A stretch of 64,000 nt of DNA, taken from Octopus sinensis. Its lineage: Eukaryota. The position numbers and the translations under genes were made by a program. Under the pieces are notes generated by a model that was not told where the DNA came from, ran no database searches, and saw nothing but the letters and a program-made list of their open reading frames with translations. The stretch spans positions 23,869,360-23,933,359 of the forward strand of contig NC_043019.1 of NCBI RefSeq assembly GCF_006345805.1, given 5' to 3'. Positions 1 to 14,400 of the stretch are shown piece after piece (position 1 is the first letter of the stretch; every line of letters begins with the position of its first letter).

Positions 1-44
1 AACTGAAACTGGACACAACTGGATAGTTCAACATTTCCATATAA

Positions 45-91
<47 letters not shown>

Positions 92-99
92 TATATATA

Positions 100-484
100 G
101 TGGAGGCGCAATGGCCCAGTGGTTAGGGCAGCGGACTCGCGGTCATAGGATCGCGGTTTTGATTCCCAGACTGGGCGTTGTGAGTGTTTATTGAGCGAAA
201 ACACCTAAAAGCTCCACAAGGCTCCGGCAGGGGATGGTGGTGATCCCTGCTGTACTCTTTCACCACAACTTTCTCTCACTCTTACTTACTGTTTCTGTTG
301 TACCTGTATTTCAAGGGGCCAGCCTTGTCACTCTCTGTGTCACGCTGAATATCCCCGAGAACTACGTTAAGGGTGCACGTGTCTGTGGAGTGCTCAGCCA
401 CTTACACGTTAATTTCATGAGCAGGCTGTTCCGTTGATTCGGATCAACCGGAACCCTCATCGTCGAAACCGACAGAGTGCTTCC
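100..484 (+). mobile_element. tRNA-derived SINE, family C
   Basis: A-box TGGCCCAGTGG and B-box-like GGTTTTGATTCC head; near-identical copy at 41042-41405. Confidence 0.8.
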
Positions 485-507
485 TATATATATATATATA
501 TATTATA

Positions 508-545
<38 letters not shown>

Positions 546-578
546 TATATATATATATATATATATAGATATATATAT

Positions 579-669
<91 letters not shown>

Positions 670-682
670 TATATATATATAG

Positions 683-727
<45 letters not shown>
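485..727. repeat. (TA)n/(GA)n microsatellite
   Basis: Direct reading; source of the YI-repeat ORFs. Confidence 0.95.
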
Positions 728-731
728 CACA

Positions 732-1175
732 GGTGTGGATGTGTGGCAAGAAGCTTGCTTCCCAACTACCTAGCTCTGGGTTCAGTCCCACTGTGTGGCA
801 CCTTGGGCAAGTGTCTTCTACTATAGCCTGGGGCTGACCAAAGCCTTGTGAGTGGATTTGGTAGACGGAAACTGAAAGAAGCCCATCGTATATATATATG
901 TGTGTGTGTGTATGATGTGTGTGTGTGTGTGTATATGTATGTGTGTGTGTGTGTATGTGTGGGGGTGGGGGTGCGTGTGTCTGTGTTTGTCCCCCACCAT
1001 CGCTTGACAACCAATGTTGATGTGTTTATGTCCCCATAATTTAACAGTTCAGCAAAAAAGACCGATAAAATAAATACCAGGCTTATAAAGAATAAGTACA
1101 GGTGTTGATTTCTTTGACTAAAAAGGTGGTGATCCAACATGGCCACAGTCAAAATGACCAAAACAAGTAAAAGAA
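732..1175 (+). mobile_element. tRNA-derived SINE, family B (internal microsatellite)
   Basis: Head ggtgtgg.tgtgtgg.aag..., ccttgggcaagtgtctt core, gtaaaaga tail; further copies at 6127-6543, 8653-9056, 13566-13864(-) and 55680-56600(-, partial). Confidence 0.8.
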
Positions 1176-1326
1176 CAAAAGAATGTATATATATTCTAGA
1201 GAAGGAAGGCAGAAGCTTTGCTGAGATTGAGTTGTTGCCATTTTGAAGTTCTTGTGATTATTGTTACTTTGTTTAATGATTCAGATCATTATTGTTTCTT
1301 TTATATTCTTTATTTCTGTATTCCAG

Positions 1327-1376
1327 GAATAACTGTTCAAATTCCCAGGTAATCCGAATCTCCTGCCAGCCAAGAT
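1327..1376 (+). CDS. Protease gene exon: NNCSNSQVIRISCQPR, resembling the SRCR C-terminus that precedes the protease in enteropeptidase/TMPRSS proteins
   Basis: ttccag acceptor, GTGAGT donor, phase 2 to 1; joins the next exon as ...SCQPRSCG. Confidence 0.65.
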
Positions 1377-4300
1377 GTGAGTATTTAATGACTTCAAATT
1401 TTTTTCTTTTTCTGGGCAACATGAACCTTTTTTTAGGATGTGACTTGTATATATTTTATCGGTTCCTTCAGCTTAAAAATTTTATTCCAATGCTTTTGTG
1501 AATTGAAGTGCTTGTTGCCTAAAACTAGCACTCTGAGATTCTGACTGTAATGGAATGAAACTCAGAATATTTCATAGGATTGCAGTACCATCCTGAAAAG
1601 ACATGATTGCATCCATTTTATAAAATACCAATCCAAAAGTGGAGGTGACCAGCTGATTAAACTATTGGACTACTTCCCAAATCTATTCTTAATTCTTCAC
1701 CAAATATCTCTGCAAATATTTTATAGTTTTCTGTTTTGCATTGATGAAAATGATTCCTAGTGACTTTTCATTCATTCTCTGCTGCTGGCCAAACTAGTGC
1801 AAACCAATTCTATAATTCTTGTCTGTTTCTCATTTGTCAATAATATCTGTTTATTTGCAGCCTGTGGGATTGCTCCATTGTTCAACACATTCTCGAAACA
1901 TGTATCGTCATATGTTCCAATGATTGTTGGTGGTTCTGATGCAGAACCTGGTAAAATTCCATGGCATGCTTTCCTGTTAATAGGAAAAACTCTTTGCAGT
2001 GGTTCCATCATCACAGAGTACTTCATTCTCACAGCTGCACATTGCGTCAGGCAAGTAAATATACTGAAAAATTTCTTCTCACAAAGAACATCAAACTATT
2101 TAGTTAATGTTTTATGGATGGATTGAGGTAGAGTTTGTTGCATCAACTTGAATATTAAACCCATGGACTGTTGGTAGACAATAAAATCCTGGTATAGTTT
2201 GAAACTCAGTTCTCAAGCAACACTGATTGTAACAAAACTATATTGTTAAAGCTATATGTAAATTTTGAAGTGTGTATAGGTTTAAAATGCATTATATTTA
2301 ATGTCTACACGTTGTTTGAGTTTTATGAAATGTAAAGGGTAATGATTGAAGACCCCCTTTGGTCATGAATGACCATGAGATTGCACCCAGAAAGTTCCCC
2401 TCTGAGGCACAAGTCCAGGCAAGGTTGTTAATGGAAGACCAGCAGTCACCCATGCATACCAGCCTCCCCTCTGCTCACCACTGATGTTATCCGAGGGAAA
2501 AGGAAAGGCCAATACAGTGGCACCAGTGACATTGCAACTCATTTCTACAGCTGAGTGAACTGGAGCAACATGACATAAAGTGTCTTGCTCAAGAACACAA
2601 CACACAGCCCAGTCCAGGAATTGAACTCACAACCTGTTGATTGTGATCCCAATACTCTAACCACTGAGCCATGCACCTTATGAAATGTATACATGTAGTA
2701 TTAAACAGAACAGATATAGTATGAATGTGATTTTAAAGTTAAATAGTTTAAACATGTGGAAGCTTCTTTCGCAAACTGGAAATAATGTGTTTTGATCTAT
2801 TAATCACTGGAAGGGAGGCTGTGGTCTTGACTTTTATAAACCCTCCCAAACTAGGAAAATTGATATGACTAATACCCAACCTGAACATCCACCAGCAAAA
2901 ATGTGGTTGGCAAGGGAATAATGTCTAAATGCTAACAACAAAATAAGTTTTGCCAAAGTTATTCAGAGACCATACAGGGGTGTTAAACCAGGCAGTGTTA
3001 CACCTTAAAAGTTAAGTGTTCCACCCAAAGTTAGTTTGTAGAAAGAAGATTCTGTGAAGTATACATAAGAAATTTGATACTTCCTAAAAGGAAGTGCATT
3101 GAGAGCAAAATGTTTCTAAATACTGGAGAAAAATTACTTTAACCTGAAGTATTAAATGTTGGGCATTAATTTGCATGACAGATGGGGAGGAAGTAGGCTG
3201 AAAAAATGATTGGGCATGAAAAGTTAATGTATGCAGGAGAAATAATAGCATTGTTGGTAGCATGTAATGTAAATCAACAAGGAATTAAGAGGGCAAAAGA
3301 CTATGTTGAAAGTTCTAGGTAGCCATGATAAAGAAAAACATGAGTAAAACTAGTAAGTTCAAAATGTTGTGCGTGGCAAACAAAATAACAAAAAATTAAG
3401 ATGGATGTGGAAATATTGTCTGTTAGTGTGGGGGAAAATGGAAGCTAAAATGTTGATGTTTATTATGATGGTGATGATATATATTTCCAGTGGATTCAAA
3501 CCAGAGTCGATAGAAGTTTACCTTGGTGTGTATAATATCTCCAAAATAGAACCTCACCGTGTAGTGAAGAAAGTGCAGCGTATCGTATCACATGACTTCA
3601 TATGGGTACCAAAGAATGATATTGCACTGCTGCAGCTGGAAACACCAATTCAATTCACTAACTATATACAGCCAATCTGCCTAATTGGCAAAGATGACAT
3701 TTTCACCTTTGCCTCAAGTTGTCATGCCTCTGGCTTTGGACACACTTCTTCAAAGAATCCTGGTAAGTTATCCATGCTATTCATTCCCACACTTCAACCT
3801 TATGTTGTTACTATCTCCTGAAACCAATCCCCAGGCTGATCCTTGTCATTGCTTACCAAACCACACCCTGTTTTATGTCTTCTCAAATCCTTTACTGCCA
3901 CCTTGCCATATATTCCACTCCTTTATCCTACTACAGTTTTCCTTGCTCTCATCAAACTTCACTTGTTATTGCTCTTCTATATTACACTGCATCTTCACTA
4001 CTGCTACCATACACTAAATCACCACTCACTAGTTAAAGTTGTTAAAGTGTACAAATTTGACCTATTGAAAGAAATTCTCCAACATTTTCTGCTTAACAGT
4101 AAACAAAGTGCTTGGGTCCTTTTAGAAAAAGAATCCAGCTGTATAATATAATTTCTTTCTCAATTTTCACATGAATTTTCTCAGTGATGACAGTAAAAAG
4201 AGAAAGAATTTCAAACTCAAGTGTATTGTGTCTCATAACTTTACAAATGAAAGCATTTCAGTTTCACTGATTGTATTCAGCCAATGTAATGAGCTGGCAA

Positions 4301-7300
4301 AGATGACATTTAGTAGAAGAATGCCACATGTTGGGTTGAAGGAATGTAAAAGGAAAAACTCCAAACCCTACAAAGAATTGTATGCACTGTGTTGAGCATA
4401 TGTTAAATGTGAAAAACAAGAAATTATTAAGATGAAAATGTTAATCAATTGGAATTTGTTGAAATGTTTAAAATAATTAGGTATAAAATACATGCCTATG
4501 AAAGACTTAAATCTAGATCAAGTGCTGCCATAACTAACAGACATCTGAAGTCTGGAAGAGGATTCTTTTTTCAAAATAAACTGCCATCATCTGCTTTATA
4601 GATGATTGTTTGATGTATGACCCACAAAGTAAGGCACCAAAAGTGTTATAACACATTTGCTTTTTAAGTGTTTTACTGCACAATTAAAACAAATATTAAA
4701 ACCATTTTAAAACCGAGATGGATAGAGACATTGCAGTTTGTTGCAGAGAAATGCACTCATGTAATGCATTAAAAAAAAAAGAATACAGTTTTCTAAAAAT
4801 CCTGCTATCTTTTGACTTGTCTCAAAAACTCATGGAACAATTGTGGATCATACATGGCACAACTGCCAACTATATGTAGCACACCTGTGGAGCACATGTG
4901 CCCACCCGTGGGCCATACGAATGCATTGCAACACACTGATTGGAAAATGTCTAATCTATACGTTTAATGTGTGGTGCCCCTAAGCTAAGTGCTTAAATAA
5001 TTAATAACAATAAATGGAAAAGGATAAATTTCTCAATGGTCAGCATTGTATTTGCTTTCTGTTTGGTGTTGAAGAAGAAAACATGTGGCAACCAACTTTT
5101 AAACAACCATTTTTGAAACTTTATTGCATTTGCTTTTTATTTTTAGAATGTTGAATATTTAAAAAAAAAAGTATAATTTGTAGACATTAACTGAATTAGG
5201 AAACCTTACCGGAATTTTATCTTTCTTGTAGTTCCTTCTAAAACATTGCAAATGGCCAAAATGTCACTTTGGCAGACTAAGAAGTGTAACAGTACTCATG
5301 TTTGGGATGGTCGAATTAAAACTAGCATTTGTGCTGGACATTACTCTGCACAAGTTGCTGTCTGTCTGGTGAGTTGGTTTACATTTTCCAGTATAGATCA
5401 CACTTCTAATTTATACCTTCTCTATAAATAAGACACATTGTCTAACTACATCAAATACTTTTGATTTGGGCTGTAGTTTGGGGTCGGTCTTGGTTCAAGA
5501 ATGAGTGCTTAGAGCTCTGTACCAACTTGTTAGGCACTCACAGATTTTAATGCCATTTACAGAAAATAAGTAAGAGATGTGGCATATATTAACTCTAATT
5601 TTCCTTTTCTAAAGGTTGTTTCAGGATACATTTAGGGTTTTAACAGGGAATGAGGCACTGGGATGGATCAGATACTGTTTTGTGAATGTTTAAGCTCAAC
5701 CTGTTCTGGCTGATAACAAGATGTTTTCAGCTAAAGTAAGATAGATTCTGCAAGTTTCAGTGACCAGAATCCATTTCGATAATAAATATATATACCAGAC
5801 TGTGAACAAGTGAATTCTAGTGTGATATGATAAAAAAAATCTCATAAAACCAAAGATTTCATAAAACCAGAATCTTTAGTTTTAAAAACAAGAAGTTCAT
5901 CAGTCACTGAATGGATGGCATTCTTGGAAATACACAAGACAATACACGGAAACCATTAGAAATATATATTCTTCCACAAACACACAACCATACCTGCAGT
6001 TGATAAAATCTGGCAATCTCTCCTGCTGACCTGTTATTTTATCTACTTTGATTTTAAGGCACAAAACACCCCCTACTAATAAACACATTTCCCTTTCTAA
6101 TATAAACAAATAAACAATATATAACAGGCGCAGGAGTGGCTGTGTGGTAAGTAGCTTGCTAACCAACCACATGGTTCCGGGTTCAGCCCCACTGCGTGGC
6201 ATCTTGGGCAAGTGTCTTCAGCTATAGCCCCAGACTGACCAATGCCTTGTGAGTGGATTTGGTAGACGGAAACTGAAAGAAGCCTGTCGTATATATGTAT
6301 ATATATATATAAGTGTGTGTGTATATGTTTGTGTGTCTGTGTTTGTCCCCCTAGCATTGCTTGACAACCGATGCTGGTGTGTTTACGTCCCCGTCACTTA
6401 GCGGTTCGGCAAAAGAGACCAAAAGAATAAGTACTGGGCTTACAAAGAATAAGTCCTGGGGTCGATTTGCTCGACTAAAGGCGGTGCTCCAGCATGGCCG
6501 CAGTCAAATGACTGAAACAGGTAAAAGAGTAAAGAGTAAAGAGAAACAGTATATCATACACAAAAAAAGCACAACATATTAAAAAGGCCATCAAATCTTG
6601 AGCTTACTCAGCTATTTACTATGGGAAACAAAAGAATATTATTCCAATTGGTGTGACCATTAGCTGAAGATGTAAAATTTAGCGGAGAAGATGTCTGAAG
6701 AATACTAAAAGATTGAACGGTCACTGAACGTTCCCTGATCTGTTGCTTGATTAATTGTTTCAGGTTCCATTCTGGGATTTCAGAAACTACTGAAGAAGTT
6801 CCTATTAATAAAACAGTTATAAAGTTATGCTGAAGTATTTTTGCAAGTCATTTATTACTATAATGACTGTTGGAATGTTGGTAGCATATACCAGATGTAG
6901 CTCATCCAATTAACTGTGGGGAATATTCTCAGGTTGATGGTTATAACTGTGGTAATTGTTATGATTTTCTGATGGTGATTGGTAAATATATTGGTGCCCA
7001 TGATAATTAGTATTGGTAATTAAATGTGACATATTGTTCCAGGGTGACAGCGGAGGGCCTCTTTGGTGTGAAGATGAATTTGGACTTGCAAAGCTAGTGG
7101 GAATCACTAGTTTCGTTGCTGATACTTGTGACAAACCTGGAAAACCTGGCGTGTTTACTGATGTCAAACTATACTTACCATGGATTGAGGAGAAAACTGG
7201 TATGTAGCATTGCAAACTGCTCTTACAGAATTTAAATAATGTGAATAAATTGGCTTAAGTTTTCTTTCAGAATAAAGATTTAGCAAATACTCACACACTT

Positions 7301-10300
7301 ATTCATGTGAGAAGAGATCCAGAGGAGAAGAATTATTGAATCATTTGATAGTTATATCTCATTAAAATAGTCTGTGGTGTACAAACAATGCTTTTCTTAA
7401 TTATAATGTACAGTAATAAACTGCCTTTCTCATTGACAATATCCTGTGGGCTAGTTTCTACAGACATAGATACATTTTCTCTCTTCTTTTCTCTCCCCAC
7501 CAGGGAAATGTATCACCATTAATTTTATAACAATGTGTATTTTTGATATTTCAGCTTGTGCATTTAAATGTAGGGACCATTCTTGTTTGTTTGACAAAGC
7601 CCTTGTTTGTGACAGAAAACCTGATTGTCCAGATAAGAGTGATGAAGATATTTGTGGTAAGCACAATATACACATGTAAATTTCTAAAAGCTATGTGTGT
7701 GTGTGGTGTGTGTGTGTGTGTGTGTGTATATCTATAAGCATTGATTATGTCCTCTTCAAATTTGTTTAGAGTCCACGCTTTGCAACCATAAATGCCTGTT
7801 GGACCAATGAATGCCTTGCTTTTAACTTAGGACACCTTTTGCTGCTCCAGATATTATTAATTGAGTACTGTTTCCACATTAGTCTTGTTTTTCTCTTTGG
7901 TTTATCTGAAAAACTGGTCTTAATTAAGATCAATCTCTATACCCATTCCCATTAAATAGATTCAGTCATCTAGCCACAACTTGGGAAATCGATGTTGAGG
8001 GATGATAATGATTGAACCAGTTCTTATTTGGATTTTTTTTTATGGAAAGAATTTTGGTTCTTTGCTATTCTTAACCTGTACTTAGCTCTTCCGATTGTCA
8101 AGAGGCTTTTTCCTTTTGTGAAAATTCCTGTTTGTTTGAGCAGAGACTTTTTCATAAGTGATCTATTGATCTCTGTTTATTAATTTTGCTCTGATCATTA
8201 TTTCTTCTGTTTTCTTTATTATTTACGATCGATTTTTCTTCAATATTGGTTTCTGCTAGTCCAATGTTTTGTGTGATTTTTACTGTTTATTATTAAGTCT
8301 TTTAGTATATTTTAGTTCCAACTTACTGTTTGCAGGTTTATTTCCATGGAAATGTCTTTTGAGATTTTATTATTCATCATATTTTTTTGGTGCATTTTAC
8401 TGCAATTTCCAGAATTTTTCTGTGGTAATTTAATTATATTTTGAGGGTCTATTTTTTGATACATTTGTTATTTAATCTGCGACAACTTCTTTTTGTATTT
8501 CATGCATTCTGTTGTGTTGCTTTTATTGGTTTCAGGCAGTTTTCCATTTTTTTTCTTTAGCTATTACTTATTTTGTTTTATTTTATGTACATTTTATATG
8601 AATTGTTCTTTTTGTTTCTCTGATTGCTTCTCCATGCACAATAAATCTTCATGCAGGAGTGGCTGTGTGGTAAGTAGCTTGTTTACCAACCACATGGTTC
8701 CGGGTTCAGTCCCACTGCGTGGCACCTTGGGCAAGTGTCTTCTATTATAGCCTCGGGCTGACCGCCTTGTGAGTGGATTTGGTAGACGGAAACTGAAAGA
8801 AGCCCATCGTATATATGTATATATATATATATATGTGTGTGTGTGTTTGTGTGTCTGTGTTTGTCCGCCTAGCATTGCTTGACAACCAATGCTGGTGTAT
8901 TTATGTCCCCATTACTTAGCGGTTCGGCAAAAGAGACCGATAGAATAAGTACTGGGCTTACAAAATGAATAAGTCCCGGGGTCGAGTTGCTCGATTAAAG
9001 GTGGTGCTCCAGCATGGCCACAGTCAAATGACTGAAACAAGTAAAAGAGTAAAGAGAGTATGTGGTTTCTTCTGTTTTCCCTCTTCCCTGTAACTTATAC
9101 ATCTGCTTTATGTTACTCTTGTGTGCTGAATACACTTGACTTTTAATTGACTCTAGTATAGATGAATAACGTATGATGTTTCAAGTCATTGTAGGGTGAT
9201 GAGCTGGTAGAACCATTAGCTTGCCAAGCAAATTGCATAGCAGCATTTTGTCCATCCTTATGTCCTGAATTCCGCTGAGGTTGACTTTGTCTTTCATCCT
9301 TCTGGGGTCAATAAAATCAGTTGGCAAGCTGGCTGAATTATTTGAACATTAGACAAAATGCTTTATGTTCTGAGTTCGAATGCTGCTGTGATTGACTTTG
9401 CTTTTCATCCTTTCTGGGTCATTAAAATAAGTACCAGTTGAACACTGGGGTAATTGACTAGCCCCCCCCCCTCCTCCCACCTAAAATTGCTGGTCTTCTA
9501 CCAATGTTTGAAACTATTACTAGTGGTGGTGTTAGTAGTCATGTAGCATGAATTTCATTAAGGATGGTACAATGGAATAACAGTATACGATATAATGTCA
9601 TTGATGATGGAATAACAACCATCATCTGCTTTTCCTAGAAACTTCTCATGATCATAAAGTGCTTTTCTTATTGTTTTAATTAATTAACGAATTGCTTATT
9701 GTTATCTCTCATTCACTCTCTCTCTCTCTCTCACAGAAAAATCTGTCAATTGTACATTTGATGACAAGTTTTTATGTGGCTACAACATGACAGACCAATG
9801 GCTCTGGAGTGGTTCCCGTATGGACGACAGCACAGTCAACTTCAAACACAGCAGAGAATTCCCTCAATTTGATCACACCCACGGTGGACCTCCAGGTCAG
9901 TCTTCTAATTTCTTGGTCTATGACAAACAGAAAACCCTTTTCTCTCTTTCTCCATTTATTTCTCACAGCAAAACATTGCAGGTGTTTTGATTTTTCAAAC
10001 AAAACTCAAAGCCATTTGAAACTCTGAAGGGGCCTAATAAGTATGAAATATGTGTGAAGTTGTCGTTATATCTAACAAAGATCCAACTCACACTTTATTA
10101 AACTGTCAAGTTTTGATGCACTCTCTTATCATTAGCACTAATGAATTTCCTTCTCATTAGGCAATTACACACCTACACGTTTACACTACATCTCCATACT
10201 TATTGCTGCGATATTCACTAACTGGTATAATCATCACATCACAACGACTAACCTGCTTCTGTATTGTACTGATGATAGTATCACATAGTTTCTTTTAAAT

Positions 10301-11383
10301 GTGTGGCAACAAGAAACATGAATCTGTCTATAGAAAATATATACATCATGTAGATAACTTACCCTACTTTTATATATATGCTATATATATATATATATTT
10401 AGTTAATCCAAACATGAAAACACAAAGAGAAAACACAACAACGCGAGGACGTGGAACAAATATAGTATTATTGGACGCTCAGGCAGGAAGGGAAGAAGGA
10501 GGGTTTAATGTTTCGAGCGGAGCTCTTCGTCAGAAACATAGGAAAAGGAAAGATCCAGAGAAGGGAAGATGGAGGAAAAAAAATTGCCAATGGTACACAC
10601 GCGGTCACATTTTGAATCCTTAAGAAAATTCATCGCAGTGGCGCGTGAGAGGCATGAAGTGGAGTCCCCTACTGAGGAGAGAGTGCTCGGCAGCAGAGAC
10701 GGGGAGATTGGAGGGTATAGTGACAATTTAGACGTTATATATCTTTATGTTATATATATATCACTGTCTAGTTTTATGTTTTTTTTTGCCTTATTTACTA
10801 TCATTCCAAAAATATTGAACAATTCAATCTGATGTTTATTTGGAGTTTATCCTTCTTATAGCTTAATGACAGTGAAAAACCTTATCATGCCACAGTATAA
10901 ATTTGTAGAATCAGGTATCTAGTTTATGTTTTAAAAAATATATATATAATATCATTGTCATCATCATCATCATCATTATTATTATTAAGCTGACAAAATC
11001 AGGTTCTAAGTTCAAGTGCCACTGAGGTCGGCTTTGCCGTTCATCCTTTCAGAGTTGATAAATTAAGTACCAGTTACACACTGGGGTCGATGTAATTAAC
11101 TCATCCCCTCCCATCAAAATTGTACCTACAGTAGAAAGGATCATTATTATTATTATTAAGGCTGGGAGCTGGTAGAATTGTTAGTGTACTGAATCAAATG
11201 CTTTGTGGCAATTTGTCCATCTTTACATTCTGAGTTCAGATGCCACTGGGGTCTACTTTGCCTTTCCTACTTTGGGGGTTGATGAAATAAGTATCAATCG
11301 AGTAGTGGGGTCGATGTAATTGACTAGTCTCTTCCCCCAAAATTTCAAACCTTGTACCTATTGTAGAAAAGATGATGATGGTG

Positions 11384-11429
<46 letters not shown>

Positions 11430-14400
11430 TTTCTTCTCTAGGTCGTTATATCTGTGGTCATTCAAAATATTCAGTTATGGAAACACCTGTCTTTGAGGCT
11501 AATAAGGCAATGTGCTTACGGTTTTTTTATCAACTCTGGGGAAAAGGTACTTCTGAACTGCAAGTTTTGTTGGTCAATGAAATTACACTGAACATCACAG
11601 AGTTGTTAACACTGACTGAAAACTCTCACCAGGACTCTTGGCAAATGGCAAGTCACACTTTCAAAGTTGTTGGAAACTTCAGTCTGAAATTTGTTCTCAG
11701 AAGCTCTGACATGAATGGTATGGCCATTGATGATGTTTTAGTATCTCCTGATGCATGTTCAGACACAAGTAAGTGGTTCTTAATATTGAATATTTTCTCT
11801 TTTTTCCTCTGATATTTTAGAACAGAAGGACACTTTGCAGATAATTTGTTGATTTGTATTGCTTTTTAAAGTTTCTCCAGTTTTGTGTTAAATTGTTATT
11901 TAATTGGATTTCCTTTTTAATCACCATCAGAATAGCTAACATTTTTCCTTAATTATTTACCATTAATAATGTGTCTACGCACCATAATTTCTGTTTTCTT
12001 TCTTGTAAATGGGACAGAAATAGTCAAGTGGATGTTAGCCTATTTAATTTATGACTACAAAAGGTCTGATCAAAAAGTATAAAAAAAAACTATGACACAT
12101 ATCAATTCAGCATCTCATCTGTAAGTCCCCCTCTGAAGCCACACAACTATATTCAGCATCATCATTTCCATTGATGCAAACATTCCTGGAATTCCTCTTT
12201 TGGGAGAGTGAACAGATGCCTTGTCACATTCTCTTGGATTTCCTTCACATTTTGAAAATCTTGTTCCTTTCAAGAAGGACGTGATTTTCAGAAAGATTCT
12301 TGGCTGTAATAACCTTCAACCTGTGTCTCTTTCCATGCATGCACTTATACACACACACACACACACATTTGTGCATATTTTCTCTGCCAAGATCACTGAT
12401 GGAACCTCTGTGGTGTGGTGAGACAATCACACCCTACACACTTTACTTCCAAGCACTGCTATAAACAGTGGAAGCAAATGAGAACATTATGTCTTAGCAC
12501 ACACCACAGAGCTGAAGGTCAATCTGTGCCAAGTGGTTTCACTCTGTTGCCATAGTAACATTCCCTCATACTTTTCACTCAGATTTTGTACTTGAATTCC
12601 ATTTCGAAACTGATAAAAAGTTACCAATTGATATCCCATGTTTTTATTGTCTCTCACACACTTTTTTCACTGTGATTTTCTCTTTCTGTAGGTTGTCTCC
12701 AGAATGAGATCTCTTGCTATCAAGAGAAAGATGACAATGCTCTGTGTCTACGAAATGAAACCAAATGTAATATCCTGAATCATTGCAGAAAAACATCAAG
12801 TGATGAAATCAATTGTACAGGTAAAAGAAAAAAAAAATCTGAATTTATTTGTGTTTGTAGGGATATACACATTTCTCTTAAAGCTGTCTGATGTCAAGGT
12901 AAATACATCTTAGTGTGCATGTAAACAAAACACACTTGTCATATAATTCATTAATACATACACATATAAAAATACTTTAGTCCTTCAATACTCTGACATA
13001 AGTACCTACAAACACAATCTTTATTTGACTAAATATCCAACTTCTCTGTATTACCCTGTTCATAGATAAAACATTCTGTTCAAGCTAATACAACTAGTTT
13101 GTAACAAACCCAGGTGCCAAAAAAATACCCAACATCACAGTTAATTGATCAGAGGATCCACTTGCTTCTTCCTGAATTATGAATTAAACAAGATAATATT
13201 TATTCATCTTACAGACTAGATAGTCAATTATTCGATCTTTCATGATCAGAGGCTTCCATCAATGAATGATTAATCCAAAAAAATTTAGGTGTAGGAGAAT
13301 TGTGTGACATTCATAGTTTTTCCTTTGTGAAAGTTCTATTGTCAGAAACCAAACATGGAACCTAGAAATCCTACACTGACTGCTTTCTCTTTCTGCTGCT
13401 GTCTGAAATTCATGCATCAATGCTTATAATTTTCATAAACTGACTTATAACATGCAGCCAACCAGCAGCAGAACCCTTCTTTGCCCTGGTTTATTTAATG
13501 CCTAATCCCCATATTTTGGACAAATTGTCTTAAAAAGATGTTGACAATATTCAGTTATTTTTTATCTTCTATTTGTTTCAGTCATTAGACCGTGGCCATG
13601 CTGGGGCACCATTTTGAATTTTAGTCAAGCAAATCCACCTCAGTAATTACCGATAGCAGTAGTCAACTGGTAGTGGGGAATAAAAGCACACTCACACATA
13701 TATACAACAGGCTTCTTTCAGTTTCTGTGTTCCAAATCCACTGACATGGTTTTGGTTGGCCTGAGGCTATAGTAGAGACACTTGCTCAAGGTGCCACCCA
13801 GTAGAACTGAATCTAAAACCATGTGGTTGGGCAGTAAACTTCTTACCTCACAGCTTCACCTGCAACTGCGAGTGTCGAGTTACTCAGGATTGTTGCATGC
13901 AAGTAATTTAGAAGATGGCTCAAGTTGAACCTCAAAAAAATAAACACATACATACAGCCCTAAAACATCACTTAATCTACAATCTTCTCCTTGAAATTAT
14001 CTGGCTTATATACAAAATGTCACTTACATCGATGTGAAACTGTGACCTACAACTTAGAAAATATTTACACTTATCTTCTGTGTATTAAGATATTTCCACT
14101 TTACATGTTCAACAGTGTTTTGTTACTGTTGTTGTTTTGAACAGACCAATGACCAAAAGTATTTTAGCCATGACCATCCAGTCAATTTTTCAGGGCAAGT
14201 GTAAAATGAATTACCTAATTCATTGTGTCCATTTTCTTAAAGGTGGTTTTGTGTAGTTGGAGGGAGATGTGTATACCATTTCTAGCAGGTCAAGTAACTG
14301 AAGGCTCCTTCAGTCAATATTAATGGGTGGCAATCAACCTATTGATCTTTTCCCAATAATTCACTAAACTAAGGTAATGTAGAATAAATTATTTTGCTTA

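Noticed and set aside
100-180. tRNA-like sequences at SINE heads
   Set aside because: A/B boxes only, continuing into SINE bodies; no complete cloverleaf.
4160-4960. Possible hAT remnant; also faint RTE-like text at 53400-53700(-) and PLE-like text at 7950-8200(-)
   Set aside because: Too degenerate to assign by eye.
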